This document shows, piece after piece, positions 37,141 through 47,286 of a DNA stretch of 64,000 nucleotides (the stretch's first letter is position 1; the number at the start of each line of letters is the position of its first letter). The translations under genes were made by a program, and so were the position numbers. The DNA is from Candidatus Dormiibacterota bacterium (GTDB lineage: Bacteria > Chloroflexota > Dormibacteria > CF-121). The notes under the pieces are model-generated. The model saw nothing but the letters and a program-made list of their open reading frames with translations, did not search any database and was not told the origin of the DNA. The stretch covers positions 1,350-65,349 of the forward strand of contig DATEHI010000152.1 in assembly GCA_035279665.1 (NCBI GenBank). The letters run 5' to 3'.

Positions 37141-38604
37141 CTAGATGTCGTGATAGAGGTAGAACTCCCAGGGATGCGGCCGGAGCGCCACCTGGTCGAC
37201 CTCGCGGGCGCGCTTGTAGTCGATCCAGGTCTCGATCAGGTCCGTGGTGAAGACGCCGCCGCGGGTCAGGTAGTCGTTGTCGATCTCGAGCGCGTCCAGG
37301 ACTTCCGTCAGGGAGCCCGGCGTGCTCTTCACCTGGCGCTTCATCTCGGGGTCGAGCTCGTAGAGGTCCTCATCGATCGGCTTGGGCGGCTCGATCTTGT
37401 TGATGACGCCGTCCAGACCGGCCATCAGGCAGGCCGCGAAGGAGAGGTACGGGTTGCAGGACGGGTCAGGCGTGCGGAACTCGAGCCGCTTTGCCTTGGG
37501 ATCGTCGAAGTACATCGGGATTCGCACGCAGGCACTGCGGTTGCGCTTCGAATAGATCAAGTTGATGGGCGCCTCGTATCCTGGCACCAGCCGGCGATAC
37601 GAGTTGGTGGTCGGCGCGGCGAAGGCGAGCAGTGACGGCGCGTGCTTCAGCAGCCCGCCGATGTACCAGCGGCACATCTCGCTAATGCCCGCGTAGCCGG
37701 CCTTGTCGTAGAAGAGCGGGACGCCGTTCTTCCACAAGCTCTGGTGGGTGTGCATCCCGGACCCGTTGTCCATGAAGAGCGGCTTGGGCATGAACGTCGC
37801 GACGAAGCCATTCTGGGCACAGACGTTCTTGACGACGTACTTGTACATCATCACTTTGTCGGCCATGTTCACCAGCGTGTCGAACCGCATGTCGATCTCG
37901 GTCTGGCCGGCGGTGCCGACCTCGTGATGATGGACCTCGATATCGACGCCCGCCTCGATCAGCTTGAGGACGATCTGCGAGCGAAGGTCCTGCAGCTTGT
38001 CGGTCGGCGGCACCGGGAAATATCCTTCCTTGTAACGCGGACGGTAGGCGGTGTTCGGCTCCGAGTTCTTGCCGGAGTTCCATACGCCTTCGATCGAGTC
38101 GATCTCGTACATGCCTGAGAACTGGTTCTGATCGAACCGCATGCTGTTGAAGATGTAGAACTCGCACTCCGGGCCGAAGAAACTGGTGTCCGCGAGGCCG
38201 GTTGTCAGCAGATAGGCCTCCGCCTTCTTGCCCACGTACCGCGGATCGCGAGAGTACGGCTCCCGCGTGATCGGGTCGATGACGTCGCAGTTGATACTCA
38301 GGGTCGGCACGCGCAGCACCGGGTCGACGATCGCCGTCGACGCGTCCGGAATCAGCAGCATGTCGCTCTCATGGATGTGCTGGAATCCGCGGATGCTCGA
38401 GCCATCGAAGCCGATGCCCTCGCTGAAGAGGCCCCTGGTCAACTCCTGGACCGGGATGGAAAAGTGCTGCCAGGTCCCGATCAAGTCGATGAACTTCAGA
38501 TCGACGATCTTGAGGCCCTGCTTGTGGGCGAGGTCGATGACGGACTGGGCATCCGTCTTTGTTTCCTTCTTCGAACGCACACCCTGATCGATCGCCATAG
38601 ACAA
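37141..38604 (-). CDS. glnA: Glutamine synthetase type I (GlnA)
   Basis: VDLKFIDLIGTWQH...GSGMHTHQSLW...NSYRRLVPGYEAP...RIPMYFDDPKAKRLEFRTPDPSCNPYL is a full GSI signature, including the adenylylation-loop region. Confidence 0.85.
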   Translation of the reverse strand: MSMAIDQGVRSKKETKTDAQSVIDLAHKQGLKIVDLKFIDLIGTWQHFSIPVQELTRGLFSEGIGFDGSSIRGFQHIHESDMLLIPDASTAIVDPVLRVPTLSINCDVIDPITREPYSRDPRYVGKKAEAYLLTTGLADTSFFGPECEFYIFNSMRFDQNQFSGMYEIDSIEGVWNSGKNSEPNTAYRPRYKEGYFPVPPTDKLQDLRSQIVLKLIEAGVDIEVHHHEVGTAGQTEIDMRFDTLVNMADKVMMYKYVVKNVCAQNGFVATFMPKPLFMDNGSGMHTHQSLWKNGVPLFYDKAGYAGISEMCRWYIGGLLKHAPSLLAFAAPTTNSYRRLVPGYEAPINLIYSKRNRSACVRIPMYFDDPKAKRLEFRTPDPSCNPYLSFAACLMAGLDGVINKIEPPKPIDEDLYELDPEMKRQVKSTPGSLTEVLDALEIDNDYLTRGGVFTTDLIETWIDYKRAREVDQVALRPHPWEFYLYHDI

Positions 38605-38755
38605 ATTCCCTCCGATTGAACGTGGTGATCCTGACTGAGTCGATCCTAGGGGCGCCGGTCGCCTGCGTCATCGGGCCGAAGAGACGAGTTGCGGGGGCCC
38701 TTTTTGTGCAGAGCGCCCAATAGACCCGCGGGCGCTTCGGGCGGTTACGCCAACC

Positions 38756-39472
38756 TCAGGTCGGACTGGGAGAGGGCGATTGCAGCAGGTTCGGGTTGAC
38801 GTGGTCAACCGTCACCGTGTACGCCGATGGCGGGTTGAGCTCGAGGGCCAGGATGTATTCGCCTTTCCCAAAGCGGACGATAGACCCCGTGGCCGGCGTT
38901 TTGTCCTCGGCCCAGCCGCCTTTGGTGAGCTGAGCCTCGTAAAAGGGCACGATGCTGCTCAGGTTCGTGGCCGTGAAGTCCTGGTAGATGGTTTCGGTGT
39001 CCGCCAGTCCCGGCCGCTCGTCGACCAGCTTGGCGCTGGGAGGGCGTGGAAGGCCATCGATGACCGGGCGGGTGAGATGGGTGTCCGCCCCGCTGAGCAG
39101 GGAGGCATTTTGGGCGCTCTCGACCAGGCTGAAAATGGCCAGCGTGGCCAGCACCGCTGGGACTAGCGCGCCGCCGGCCCACAGCAGCGCGCGGCGCTCC
39201 AAGCCTTCTCGATGCCGGCGGAGGCCGGCGCGAAGCAGCACGACGATCGTGATGGCGCAGGCAAGCAGCACGGCGGCCCCGAGAACCTCCAACCATGCGC
39301 CCGGCAGGTATTCCGCCAGCTGGTCGCTCGCGAGTAGTGCGGCGCCGATGATGATGGCGTACGTCACCGACACCACCGGCACGAGGTAGGGGTGGTCCTG
39401 GCTCGCCACCGGGCCGAGCCGGGGGGCCGACCGGCTCGGATGCCGGCTTATTCGCCGGCGGCCTGCTCCCAC
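38756..39472 (-). CDS. Hypothetical membrane protein
   Basis: The N-terminal half has three predicted TM helices. The ORF overlaps the upstream ABC-F end, so the true start is probably internal. Confidence 0.35.
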   Translation of the reverse strand: MGAGRRRISRHPSRSAPRLGPVASQDHPYLVPVVSVTYAIIIGAALLASDQLAEYLPGAWLEVLGAAVLLACAITIVVLLRAGLRRHREGLERRALLWAGGALVPAVLATLAIFSLVESAQNASLLSGADTHLTRPVIDGLPRPPSAKLVDERPGLADTETIYQDFTATNLSSIVPFYEAQLTKGGWAEDKTPATGSIVRFGKGEYILALELNPPSAYTVTVDHVNPNLLQSPSPSPT

Positions 39473-41316
39473 TCCTGGTAGAGCGCTCGCAGGCGGCGGG
39501 ACGCGTCCTCATGTGCCGCTGCCAGCTCCGCAACCCGCGCCGAGTCGTCATACGTCGAATGGTCAGCCAGCTGCTCCTCGATGCGGCGAACCTCAGTTTC
39601 GAGCTCGTCGATGCGGTCCTCGACCGGGTCGACGGCAGCGCCGGAGTTCGCTGTCGCGCGGGCCGTGCCGGGTGTGATCGCACGACCGGATTTGCGCGGC
39701 TCGGGCGCGACGACCGGGCGCGACGCCCGCTGCCGGCGGCGGTCGAGGTCGCCGTAGTTGCCGAGGTGCATGGTCACCGCGCCGTCCTCGACCGTCCAGA
39801 GCCGCGTCGCGATCGCATCGATGAAGTAGCGGTCGTGCGAGACGAAGACGATGGTCCCTTCGAAGTTCTGTAGGGCCTCCTCGAGCATCTCCTGGGCCGG
39901 GATGTCGAGGTGGTTGGTGGGTTCATCGAGGAGCAACAAGCCGGCGTCGTCGAGCATCAATTTCGCCAGCGCCACGCGGCTCTTCTCCCCGCCGCTCAGC
40001 GACCGAATCGTCTTGAAGGCGTCATCGCCGTGGAAGAGCAAGCGGCCGAGAAACGTACGCAATGTTTCCTCCGGCAGACCGAAGGCATCCTGCAGCTCGG
40101 TCAGCACCGTTTTGTTGGGATCGAGATCGGCGAGGTGCTGGTCGTAGTAGCGCATGGCAACGCGCGGGCCCATCTTGACGCGGCCTGAAAGCGGGCGAAG
40201 CTCGCCCAGGAGCGCCTTCAGCAGGCTCGTCTTTCCGGAGCCGTTCGGGCCGACGATCGCAACCCGTTCGCCGGCGTTGATGGTAAAAGCCGGCATGGTC
40301 AGCAACTCGCGCTTGCCGTATCCGAGCCGGAGCCCGTCGCTTTGAAAGATGAGGTCGCTTGTCACCGAGGCCTTCAGCCGGATCCGGATCTGCTGATCGT
40401 CGGCGGGAGGCGCGACCCTGGCCAGGCGGTCGAGCCTGGTCTGCCGGCCGCGCGCCTCGCGCGCGCGCTGCCCGGCTTTGTAACGGCGGATGAACTCCTC
40501 GGTGCGGGCGATGTATTCCTGCTGGGCCTCGAATTCTTTCTGTCGCAGGGCGCGGCGCTCGCGGCGCAACCGGACGTACTGGCGGTAATTCCCGGGGTAC
40601 CACTCGCCCGAGCCGGCCTGGAGCTCCAGGATGTCGTCGGCGGTGTGTTCGAGGAACCGCCGGTCATGGGAGACGATCAGCATGCCGGCCCGGGAGAGCC
40701 GAAGAAAACCCTCCAACCACTCGATCGCTTCCAGGTCGAGGTGATTGGTGGGCTCGTCGAGCAGCAGCAGGTCGGCGTCCTGCAGAAGGAGCTTGGCGAG
40801 CGCCAGTCGGCGGCGCTGTCCGCCGCTGAGCGCGCTGGGGGCGAGTTCCTGGTCGGCTTCGGTCAGCCCGACACCGTGGAGGACTTCGGCGACCCGGTTG
40901 TCGTAGGCATAGCCGTCGAGCCGCTCGTACTCGTGTTGGACCTCGCCGTAGTCCTCGACGAGGACCGCCTGCTCCGCTCCGCTCGCTCCTGCCATGGCGG
41001 CTTCCAGCCCCTCCAGCCGTGCGCGCAGGTTGAGGATGTCGGGCCGGCTGTGTAGCGCGTCGGCGTACACACTCTCATGCGGACCGGCTTCCAGCTCCTG
41101 CGCCAGATAGGCCGTCCGGGCTCGGGGTGTCAGGGTCAACGATCCGGCCGAGAAAAGGAGGTCGCCGGAGATCGCTTTCAGCAAGCTGGACTTCCCGCTG
41201 CCGTTGGCGCCCACGATCCCAAGGCGCTGCCGTGGCTCGACCTGAAAGGTCAGATCGCTCAGCACCTCGGTGGCCCCATACATCAGTTTGAGCCGGTCGA
41301 CGCGCAGCAGTGGCAT
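39448..41316 (-). CDS. ABC-F family ATPase (two tandem ABC domains, no TMD)
   Basis: Two Walker A motifs (GIVGANGSGKSS and AIVGPNGSGKTS) and two LSGG signatures are separated by a linker. Confidence 0.8.
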   Translation of the reverse strand: MPLLRVDRLKLMYGATEVLSDLTFQVEPRQRLGIVGANGSGKSSLLKAISGDLLFSAGSLTLTPRARTAYLAQELEAGPHESVYADALHSRPDILNLRARLEGLEAAMAGASGAEQAVLVEDYGEVQHEYERLDGYAYDNRVAEVLHGVGLTEADQELAPSALSGGQRRRLALAKLLLQDADLLLLDEPTNHLDLEAIEWLEGFLRLSRAGMLIVSHDRRFLEHTADDILELQAGSGEWYPGNYRQYVRLRRERRALRQKEFEAQQEYIARTEEFIRRYKAGQRAREARGRQTRLDRLARVAPPADDQQIRIRLKASVTSDLIFQSDGLRLGYGKRELLTMPAFTINAGERVAIVGPNGSGKTSLLKALLGELRPLSGRVKMGPRVAMRYYDQHLADLDPNKTVLTELQDAFGLPEETLRTFLGRLLFHGDDAFKTIRSLSGGEKSRVALAKLMLDDAGLLLLDEPTNHLDIPAQEMLEEALQNFEGTIVFVSHDRYFIDAIATRLWTVEDGAVTMHLGNYGDLDRRRQRASRPVVAPEPRKSGRAITPGTARATANSGAAVDPVEDRIDELETEVRRIEEQLADHSTYDDSARVAELAAAHEDASRRLRALYQEWEQAAGE

Positions 41317-41487
41317 GTCACGGAAAGTCTACGGCTGAGTTGGCAGACATCGGCAAGGGATATCTCGCCGCCCTTTCCACACCGGGGGCGGCTATAAAAC
41401 TGGTCCAATTTGTGGGAATAAACCCGGGACCGATTCGGTTTGCGAGCGTGTACGGCATTTCCACCGCAATGAAATGAGGGTTCGTTG

Positions 41488-41868
41488 ATGCCAGGATTGC
41501 TCGCTCAGACCAACGCCTATATCCGTGACGCCGAGCAGCAGTACCGTGATCTCAAGGCGCGCCAGGATCAGGTTCGCCGTCCCATCCTGCTGATCGACCG
41601 GCTGCTCCAGGAGCTCGAAGAGATGAACCTCAAGGGGATGAAGCGCGTCCCCACGTCCTACGAGCTGCGGCTAGAGGAGATCCTGACCCTGGTCAGCCCG
41701 ATCGCTTCGATGCCGGACCAGGTGGCCAACATCAAGGTCAAAGTGGGGATCACCAAGCTGATGGACGCCCTGTTCGCGGTGGAAGAGGTGCTCTTCAGCG
41801 AGCGCAACGGGACTCCCGTCGAGCCGGAGGCCGAGACCTTCGACGGCGGGCTCTTTACCGCCGCGTAA
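41488..41868 (+). CDS. Hypothetical protein
   Basis: ATG at 41488; no recognisable domain. Confidence 0.35.
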   Translation: MPGLLAQTNAYIRDAEQQYRDLKARQDQVRRPILLIDRLLQELEEMNLKGMKRVPTSYELRLEEILTLVSPIASMPDQVANIKVKVGITKLMDALFAVEEVLFSERNGTPVEPEAETFDGGLFTAA

Positions 41869-41913
41869 CCACTTTTCGTCACGGCGACCCCGGCGCGGCG
41901 GTACCATAGCGCC

Positions 41914-42594
41914 GTGCCAAATGAGTTCGATCTCATGCTGCGCCTGCTGGTGGCGCTGGTTCTGGGCGCCATCGTCGGGCTGGAACGCGAGCGGCAGGAG
42001 CGGGCGGCCGGGCTCCGGACGGTGACCATGGTGTCGCTGGGATCGGCTCTCTTTACAATCGTGGGCGCCTATGGGTTCAGCCAGACGGACCCATCACGGG
42101 TGGCCGCCCAGATCGTGACCGGTATCGGCTTCCTCGGGGCCGGCACGATCTTCCTTCGCAAGGACCTGGTCCGCGGGCTGACGACCGCAGCCACGATTTG
42201 GGCGGTAGCCGCGATCGGCATGGCGGCCGGGACGGCGCAGTACCTGACCGCCTTTTTCACCACGCTCCTGATTCTTGCCGTCCTGATGGTGTTGAAGCCG
42301 ATCGAGAGACGCTTCTTCAAGCGGCCCAACGAGGCCCTGGTCAGCCTGATGATTCAGCGCGGCGAGGGTGAGATCGAGAAGGTGCGGGCGGCGCTGGCGG
42401 TGATCGGGGCGTTCCCGATGTCGATCCGGATTCACGAGCTCAACGAAAGCGAGGACCGGGTCGAGCTCGACATCGGGCTGCCCTCCAACAGGACGACCGC
42501 CGAGTTGTTGCGCCAGCTCCGCACCATCGAGGGGGCGAAGCAGATCCTCATCTCCCGGGAGCTGATCGAGGACCGCGTGCGCGCCGGGAATTGA
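41914..42594 (+). CDS. mgtC: MgtC/SapB family membrane protein
   Basis: LLVALVLGAIVGLERE...TVTMVSLGSALF is the MgtC N-terminal signature, and an ACT-like C-terminal domain follows. Confidence 0.75.
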   Translation: MPNEFDLMLRLLVALVLGAIVGLERERQERAAGLRTVTMVSLGSALFTIVGAYGFSQTDPSRVAAQIVTGIGFLGAGTIFLRKDLVRGLTTAATIWAVAAIGMAAGTAQYLTAFFTTLLILAVLMVLKPIERRFFKRPNEALVSLMIQRGEGEIEKVRAALAVIGAFPMSIRIHELNESEDRVELDIGLPSNRTTAELLRQLRTIEGAKQILISRELIEDRVRAGN

Positions 42595-42650
42595 TACAAT
42601 GGCCGCCTAAGTAATGGGAGGTGGTGCCCATGGCATTAGTTGATTTAAGT

Positions 42651-42688
42651 GAGAGCGGCGGGTAACACCGCCGCTCTTTCTTTTTTGG
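42651..42688. terminator. Bidirectional rho-independent terminator (GAGAGCGGCGG-loop-CCGCCGCTCT followed by TTCTTTTTTGG)
   Basis: A 10-bp GC stem is followed by a T-tract. It sits between the convergent mgtC gene (ends 42594) and the crotonase gene (ends 42690). Confidence 0.7.
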
Positions 42689-42689
42689 A

Positions 42690-43475
42690 CTATCGGCCGA
42701 AGACCGGTTTCCGCTTCTCGAGGAAGGCGCGGATCGCCTCGCTCGCGTCTGGTGTCTTTGCGGCCAGGGCCTGTAGCTGCGACTCGAGCTCCAGCGTCTG
42801 TTCCAGGTCGAGCTGGATCGCCCGTTCCATGCCTCGCTTTATCAACGCGTACGTCTGGCGCGGGCCCGCCGCGAGTTTGTGGGCTCGTTCCATCGCGGCG
42901 GCCATCAGCTGGTCGGGTGGCACAACGGCCGCCACGAGTCCCAGACGGTGGGCTTCGTCGGCGCTCATGGGATCACCCGTGATCGCCAGCTCGGTGGCCT
43001 TGCTCAAGCCGAGCATCCGCGTCAGGAAGAAGAGGCTGCCGGCGTCAGGCACGAGGCCGACCCGGACGAACACCACGATCAACTGCGTGCCGCTGGCGGC
43101 CAGCCGTAGGTCGCAGGCCAGCGCCAGGCTCAAGCCCGCGCCGGCGGCGGTGCCGTTCAGGGCGGCAATCACCGGTTTCGGACAGGCGCGGATAGCGCGG
43201 ATCATCGGCGCGTAATTCGTTCGGAGGTCGGCGCCCAGATCGCTGTCGCCGGCCTCGTATCGCGCGCTCACCTCCTTGAGGTCGGCGCCCGCGCAAAAGG
43301 CCCGCCCGGCTCCCGTGAGAACGATGGCCCCCACCTCAGCGTCACGCCCGGCGGCATCGATGGCGGTGCGCAGCGCCTGGGTCGTCTCACGGTTGAGCGC
43401 GTTGAGCGCCTCCGGCCGGTTGATGGTCAGACTCAGCACGGCGTCGTCACGGGAGCTGAGAAGAACGTCGCTCAT
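42690..43475 (-). CDS. Enoyl-CoA hydratase/isomerase (crotonase) family protein
   Basis: LTGAGRAFCAGADL and the oxyanion-hole motifs are present. The start is MSDVLLSS (ATG 43475). Confidence 0.8.
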   Translation of the reverse strand: MSDVLLSSRDDAVLSLTINRPEALNALNRETTQALRTAIDAAGRDAEVGAIVLTGAGRAFCAGADLKEVSARYEAGDSDLGADLRTNYAPMIRAIRACPKPVIAALNGTAAGAGLSLALACDLRLAASGTQLIVVFVRVGLVPDAGSLFFLTRMLGLSKATELAITGDPMSADEAHRLGLVAAVVPPDQLMAAAMERAHKLAAGPRQTYALIKRGMERAIQLDLEQTLELESQLQALAAKTPDASEAIRAFLEKRKPVFGR

Positions 43476-44245
43476 CGCCCGGTGAACTGGCCCGGGCGCT
43501 TTTCGAGAAACGCCTTCATCCCCTCGCGTTTGTCCTCCGACGCAAACAAGAGGTAGAAGAGCTTGCGCTCGAACTCGAGCCCCGGTGTAAGTCCGACCTC
43601 CATCGCGTGATTGACGGCCTCCTTCCCGAGGCGAACCGCCAGCGGCGGGCGGGTAGCGATCAGCTGTGCCAGGCGCTTGGCTTCTTCGAGCTGTGCGCCG
43701 GCCGGCACGACGCGATTTACCAGGCCCATCCGCTCGGCGTCGACCGCGCGGACCGGGTCGCCGGTGAGCACCGCCTCCATGGCGCGGACCTTGCCCGCGG
43801 TTCGGGCCCACCGTTGCGTACCCCCGGCTCCGGGAATGATCCCGATCTTCACCTCGGGCTGGCCGAACTGGGCCATCTCTGAGGCCACCACCAGGTCGCA
43901 CATCAGCGCCAGCTCGCAGCCACCGCCGAGTGCGTAGCCACCGACTGCGGCGATCACCGGTTTATGGATCGCCCGAAAGCGTGCCCAGCGCGCGAAATTG
44001 TCATCTCGCAGGGCGTCGATCGCGCTTGCCCCGGCCATCTGTCCGATGTCGGCACCAGCCGCGAAGGCGCGCTCATCGCCGGTGAGCACCATGCAGCGGA
44101 TCGCGTCGTCGCGGTCGAAGCTCTCCAGCGCGTCCACCAGCTCGGCAATGGTCTGATGGTTGAGCGCGTTGCGGACCTGGGGCCGGTGGATGGTGACGAC
44201 GCCGACCGCGCCATCCACCTCGGTGAGGACGAATTCGTACGGCAT
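43472..44245 (-). CDS. Enoyl-CoA hydratase/isomerase (crotonase) family protein
   Basis: LTGDERAFAAGADI...GGGCELAL is the crotonase signature. The stop overlaps the downstream start (ATGA). Confidence 0.8.
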   Translation of the reverse strand: MPYEFVLTEVDGAVGVVTIHRPQVRNALNHQTIAELVDALESFDRDDAIRCMVLTGDERAFAAGADIGQMAGASAIDALRDDNFARWARFRAIHKPVIAAVGGYALGGGCELALMCDLVVASEMAQFGQPEVKIGIIPGAGGTQRWARTAGKVRAMEAVLTGDPVRAVDAERMGLVNRVVPAGAQLEEAKRLAQLIATRPPLAVRLGKEAVNHAMEVGLTPGLEFERKLFYLLFASEDKREGMKAFLEKRPGQFTGR

Positions 44246-44324
44246 CACTCCCTCCCTGCCGGCCAAGTCTAGCCAGCCGCCCGGGCACCGCGCCAGCCGA
44301 CGGCCGGATTGACGTTATAACCTC

Positions 44325-44900
44325 GTGAAACGGCTCGCCCTGGTGCTCGCGCCAGTAGTCGCCACGCTGATCCTTCCCCTGACGGCGGTGGCGGATGACC
44401 AGCCGTTCAAGACCGTCGTCGACGGCATCGTGCCAAAGACGGCGGGCCTCACGATCCAGGGAACGACCGGTGGGTGCGACCTCCTGCTGCAAAACCAGAC
44501 CGGCCAGGACGTGATCCTGCTGGACATGAGCAAGCCGCCCAAGCCATTCCGCTTCGCCGCCCAGCCCAAGGCCGCCACCCCCCGGCCCCCGATCCCGGTT
44601 CATCTGCCGGCCGCGGGGGTATGGCCCTGTGCGAGCCTTCCCCCGGTCAATGAAGACCAGCAATGGAACCACGCCGAGGCCACGGTTGGCACCTGGAGCA
44701 TCACCGGCACCGTCGGGGCGCTCAGCTTCAAGCTGACGGCGCGGACGGTCTACGATCCGGCCCTCGACCCGCCATCCGACTGGACGCTGTACCTGCGCTA
44801 TGGCGTGGGGGCCGCGGTCGCCGGCAGTATTCTCATCGGCGTTCCATACCTGTTCCAACGGCGGCGCGAGATCCTCGGCAACAGCAAGAAAGCCTCCTGA
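44325..44900 (+). CDS. Hypothetical secreted / membrane-anchored protein
   Basis: GTG start, a signal peptide (LALVLAPVVATLILPLTAVA) and a C-terminal TM helix. Confidence 0.45.
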   Translation: MKRLALVLAPVVATLILPLTAVADDQPFKTVVDGIVPKTAGLTIQGTTGGCDLLLQNQTGQDVILLDMSKPPKPFRFAAQPKAATPRPPIPVHLPAAGVWPCASLPPVNEDQQWNHAEATVGTWSITGTVGALSFKLTARTVYDPALDPPSDWTLYLRYGVGAAVAGSILIGVPYLFQRRREILGNSKKAS

Positions 44901-45044
44901 CGAAAGTCGCGAAACTTGGCTCTGGACGGAGCCGCACCCTACCCATATAATCCGGGCAGTCTTTCATAGGAGGGAAGCCGCCGAACTCAGAAAGCGTCAA
45001 CGTGGACGTTGCTTTTCTGATAGCGGCTGTGTAGAGTCGGTCCA

Positions 45045-45407
45045 ATGATTGCGGAAGCGGGAGCATCCGTCGTACGCCGGGTCAGGGCCATCGGGAACAG
45101 GGACGTCTCTACCGGGAAGAAGGCCTTCATCCTCATCGGGTTTTGCACCGCCCAGCTCCTCGACGTCACGACCACCCACATCGGCCTCTCGCAGGGTCGG
45201 CAGGAGCTGAACGGTGTCGCCGCCTGGATCATCCAGAACAATGGGGAGCTGGCGGTCTATGCCCTCAAATTGTCGCTGGTCGCGGGGCTCGTCGCCTTCC
45301 TGCTGATGTTCGGGCGCCGCCGGGCCGGGATCTGGAATGCCTACCTGGTCGCCGCCTGGATCACCACGTTTGCCGTGGTCAACAACCTCTACAGAATCTT
45401 GACGTAA
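45045..45407 (+). CDS. Hypothetical small membrane protein
   Basis: About three predicted TM helices. Confidence 0.35.
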   Translation: MIAEAGASVVRRVRAIGNRDVSTGKKAFILIGFCTAQLLDVTTTHIGLSQGRQELNGVAAWIIQNNGELAVYALKLSLVAGLVAFLLMFGRRRAGIWNAYLVAAWITTFAVVNNLYRILT

Positions 45408-45451
45408 CAGCGCACGTGCGGCGGCGGCGGGAAGGCCGCTAAGACTAAATT

Positions 45452-45910
45452 GTGCACGTGGCCCTGGCGGCAACAACGTTTGGCCAGTTCTTGACGCCCG
45501 TCTTTTTCTATGTCGTGATCGCGGCCTATATGGCCTTCGTGCTCGCCTCGGCCTGGCAGTTCTCGCGCCGGCTGGAACCGGGCCGCATCATGCGTGCCAT
45601 CAACCTGACGCTGGTCCCGCTTGGTGTGCTGGTCGCGCTGGTTGGGGTGCTGGCCGCCAGTTTCAACGCCTTCGCGCAGCAAGAGGGGACGCCGAGCACG
45701 AACTGGGCGATCGTGATGGTGGCGCTCGGCCTGGGTGGGGCGTCATTGCTACTGGCGGTTGAAGGCTTCGTCCTGCGGGGCCGAGTCCGCTCGTCGAACG
45801 AGGACCGGCGCGCCATCGGGCTGCGCAGCCTCAGCCTGATCGCCACCACGGTCCCACTGGTGGTCCTGGGCACGCTCTTCCTCGCGATCGCGCTGCGCCT
45901 TCCTGTTTGA
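45452..45910 (+). CDS. Hypothetical membrane protein
   Basis: GTG start and four predicted TM helices. Confidence 0.35.
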   Translation: MHVALAATTFGQFLTPVFFYVVIAAYMAFVLASAWQFSRRLEPGRIMRAINLTLVPLGVLVALVGVLAASFNAFAQQEGTPSTNWAIVMVALGLGGASLLLAVEGFVLRGRVRSSNEDRRAIGLRSLSLIATTVPLVVLGTLFLAIALRLPV

Positions 45911-46024
45911 CCGCGCCGCCGGCATGGTGCGATATACTTGACCGGGCAGATCAACTTTTAAGGGGCCCCGCTCCGGTGTGAAAACGCGGGGAGAAGGTCA
46001 AGTGCCGTGCGAATGCGCTTTTCG

Positions 46025-46471
46025 ATGAAAACCGAGTACGGCGTGCGCGCCGTCCTGGAGCTGGCCAGCCATGCCGGCCGGGGTGCGCTCCAGAGTAGCG
46101 AGATCGCTCGGCTGCAGGGAATCCCCGGTCCGTTTCTCGACCAGGTGCTGATGATCCTCCGGCGTGGCGGCTTCATCACGTCAATGCGCGGGCCGCGTGG
46201 CGGGCACGAACTGGCCAGACCGCCAGAGGAGATTCGTCTCGATCAGGTGATCGACTGCCTGGAGGGGAATGGCTTAAAGAGCCGCCAGCCCGACGGCGAG
46301 CAGAGCGGCGACAGCCGGGTGCTGGGCGTCGTGACGCAACAAGCCGAGCAGGCGGCGCGCGAGGTGTTCGCCTCGCACACGCTGGCCGACTGCCTTCGCC
46401 TGCGCCGGGTCGAGCCGCGCGTCTTCCATGGCATCTTCCACGCGGTGACGGCCAAGCCGAAGGGCGCCTGA
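46025..46471 (+). CDS. Rrf2-family transcriptional regulator
   Basis: MKTEYGVRAVLELA...SSEIARLQGIPGPFLDQVLMILRRGGFITSMRGPRGGHEL is an Rrf2 wHTH. The stop overlaps the next start (TGATG). Confidence 0.75.
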   Translation: MKTEYGVRAVLELASHAGRGALQSSEIARLQGIPGPFLDQVLMILRRGGFITSMRGPRGGHELARPPEEIRLDQVIDCLEGNGLKSRQPDGEQSGDSRVLGVVTQQAEQAAREVFASHTLADCLRLRRVEPRVFHGIFHAVTAKPKGA

Positions 46472-47286
46472 TGGCTCAGCGGTCCCTCACGCCCGAGCAG
46501 CGCGAGCGCTACGCGCGCCACCTCGCCCTCGCGGAGGTCGGTAAAGAAGGCCAGCAGCGTTTGCTGCGCGCGCGTGTGCTGATCGTCGGCGTCGGCGCGC
46601 TGGGCTCCCCAGTCGCGCTCTACCTGGCGGCGTCCGGCGTCGGCACGATCGGGCTGGCGGACCATGACCACGTCCGGCTCTCGAACCTTCAGCGACAGAT
46701 CATCCATTCGATGGAGGGATTGAACCGCTCGAAGGTCGCCGGCGCGGCGCGGATGGTGAGCGCGCTGAACCCGGATATCCAGGTGGAGACGGTCGAGGAG
46801 ACCGTCGATGAACGCAACGCGATGGAACTGCTCGCACGCTTCGACGTCATCGTCGACGGGACGGACTCCTTTCGCGCGCGCTACCTGCTGAGCGACGCGG
46901 CCTACTTGCTTCGCAAACCGCTGGTCCACGGCAGCATCTTTCGCATCGAAGGCCAGGTCACGGTGTTCGTCCCGGGTCGCGGCTGCTATCGCTGCCTCTA
47001 CCCGGAGCCACCACCGGCGGGAGCCATCGAAGAATCCGAGGATGTTGGCGTCTTCGCTGTGCTCCCGGGGATCATCGGCACCATCCAGGCAGCCGAGACG
47101 ATCAAGCTGATCACCGGCGTCGGTGACGGGCTGATCAACCGCGTGCTGCTGCACGACACCATGGCCATGACCTTCCGCGAAGTTCGCTACCGACGCAACC
47201 GCGCCTGCCCGGTTTGCGGCGATCGGCCCACGGTGCGGCGTCTCGTCGATTACGCCGCGTTCATCGGCGTGGAGGCCCACTCGTGA
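46471..47286 (+). CDS. ThiF/MoeB/HesA-family E1-like adenylyltransferase (copy 1)
   Basis: The nucleotide-binding motif is VLIVGVGALGSPVALYLAASGVG, followed by RQI and a C-terminal CPVCG. Confidence 0.75.
   Translation: MAQRSLTPEQRERYARHLALAEVGKEGQQRLLRARVLIVGVGALGSPVALYLAASGVGTIGLADHDHVRLSNLQRQIIHSMEGLNRSKVAGAARMVSALNPDIQVETVEETVDERNAMELLARFDVIVDGTDSFRARYLLSDAAYLLRKPLVHGSIFRIEGQVTVFVPGRGCYRCLYPEPPPAGAIEESEDVGVFAVLPGIIGTIQAAETIKLITGVGDGLINRVLLHDTMAMTFREVRYRRNRACPVCGDRPTVRRLVDYAAFIGVEAHS

Noticed and set aside
38605-38755. Possible GlnR box or glutamine riboswitch upstream of glnA
   Set aside because: No convincing GTnAC-n6-GnAAC pair or riboswitch-like structure found by eye.
42690-44245. 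Two adjacent crotonase genes as a possible specialised pathway
   Set aside because: Tandem enoyl-CoA hydratase paralogues are very common in high-GC Gram-positive genomes, and there is no additional context (no acyl-CoA dehydrogenase or thiolase) here.
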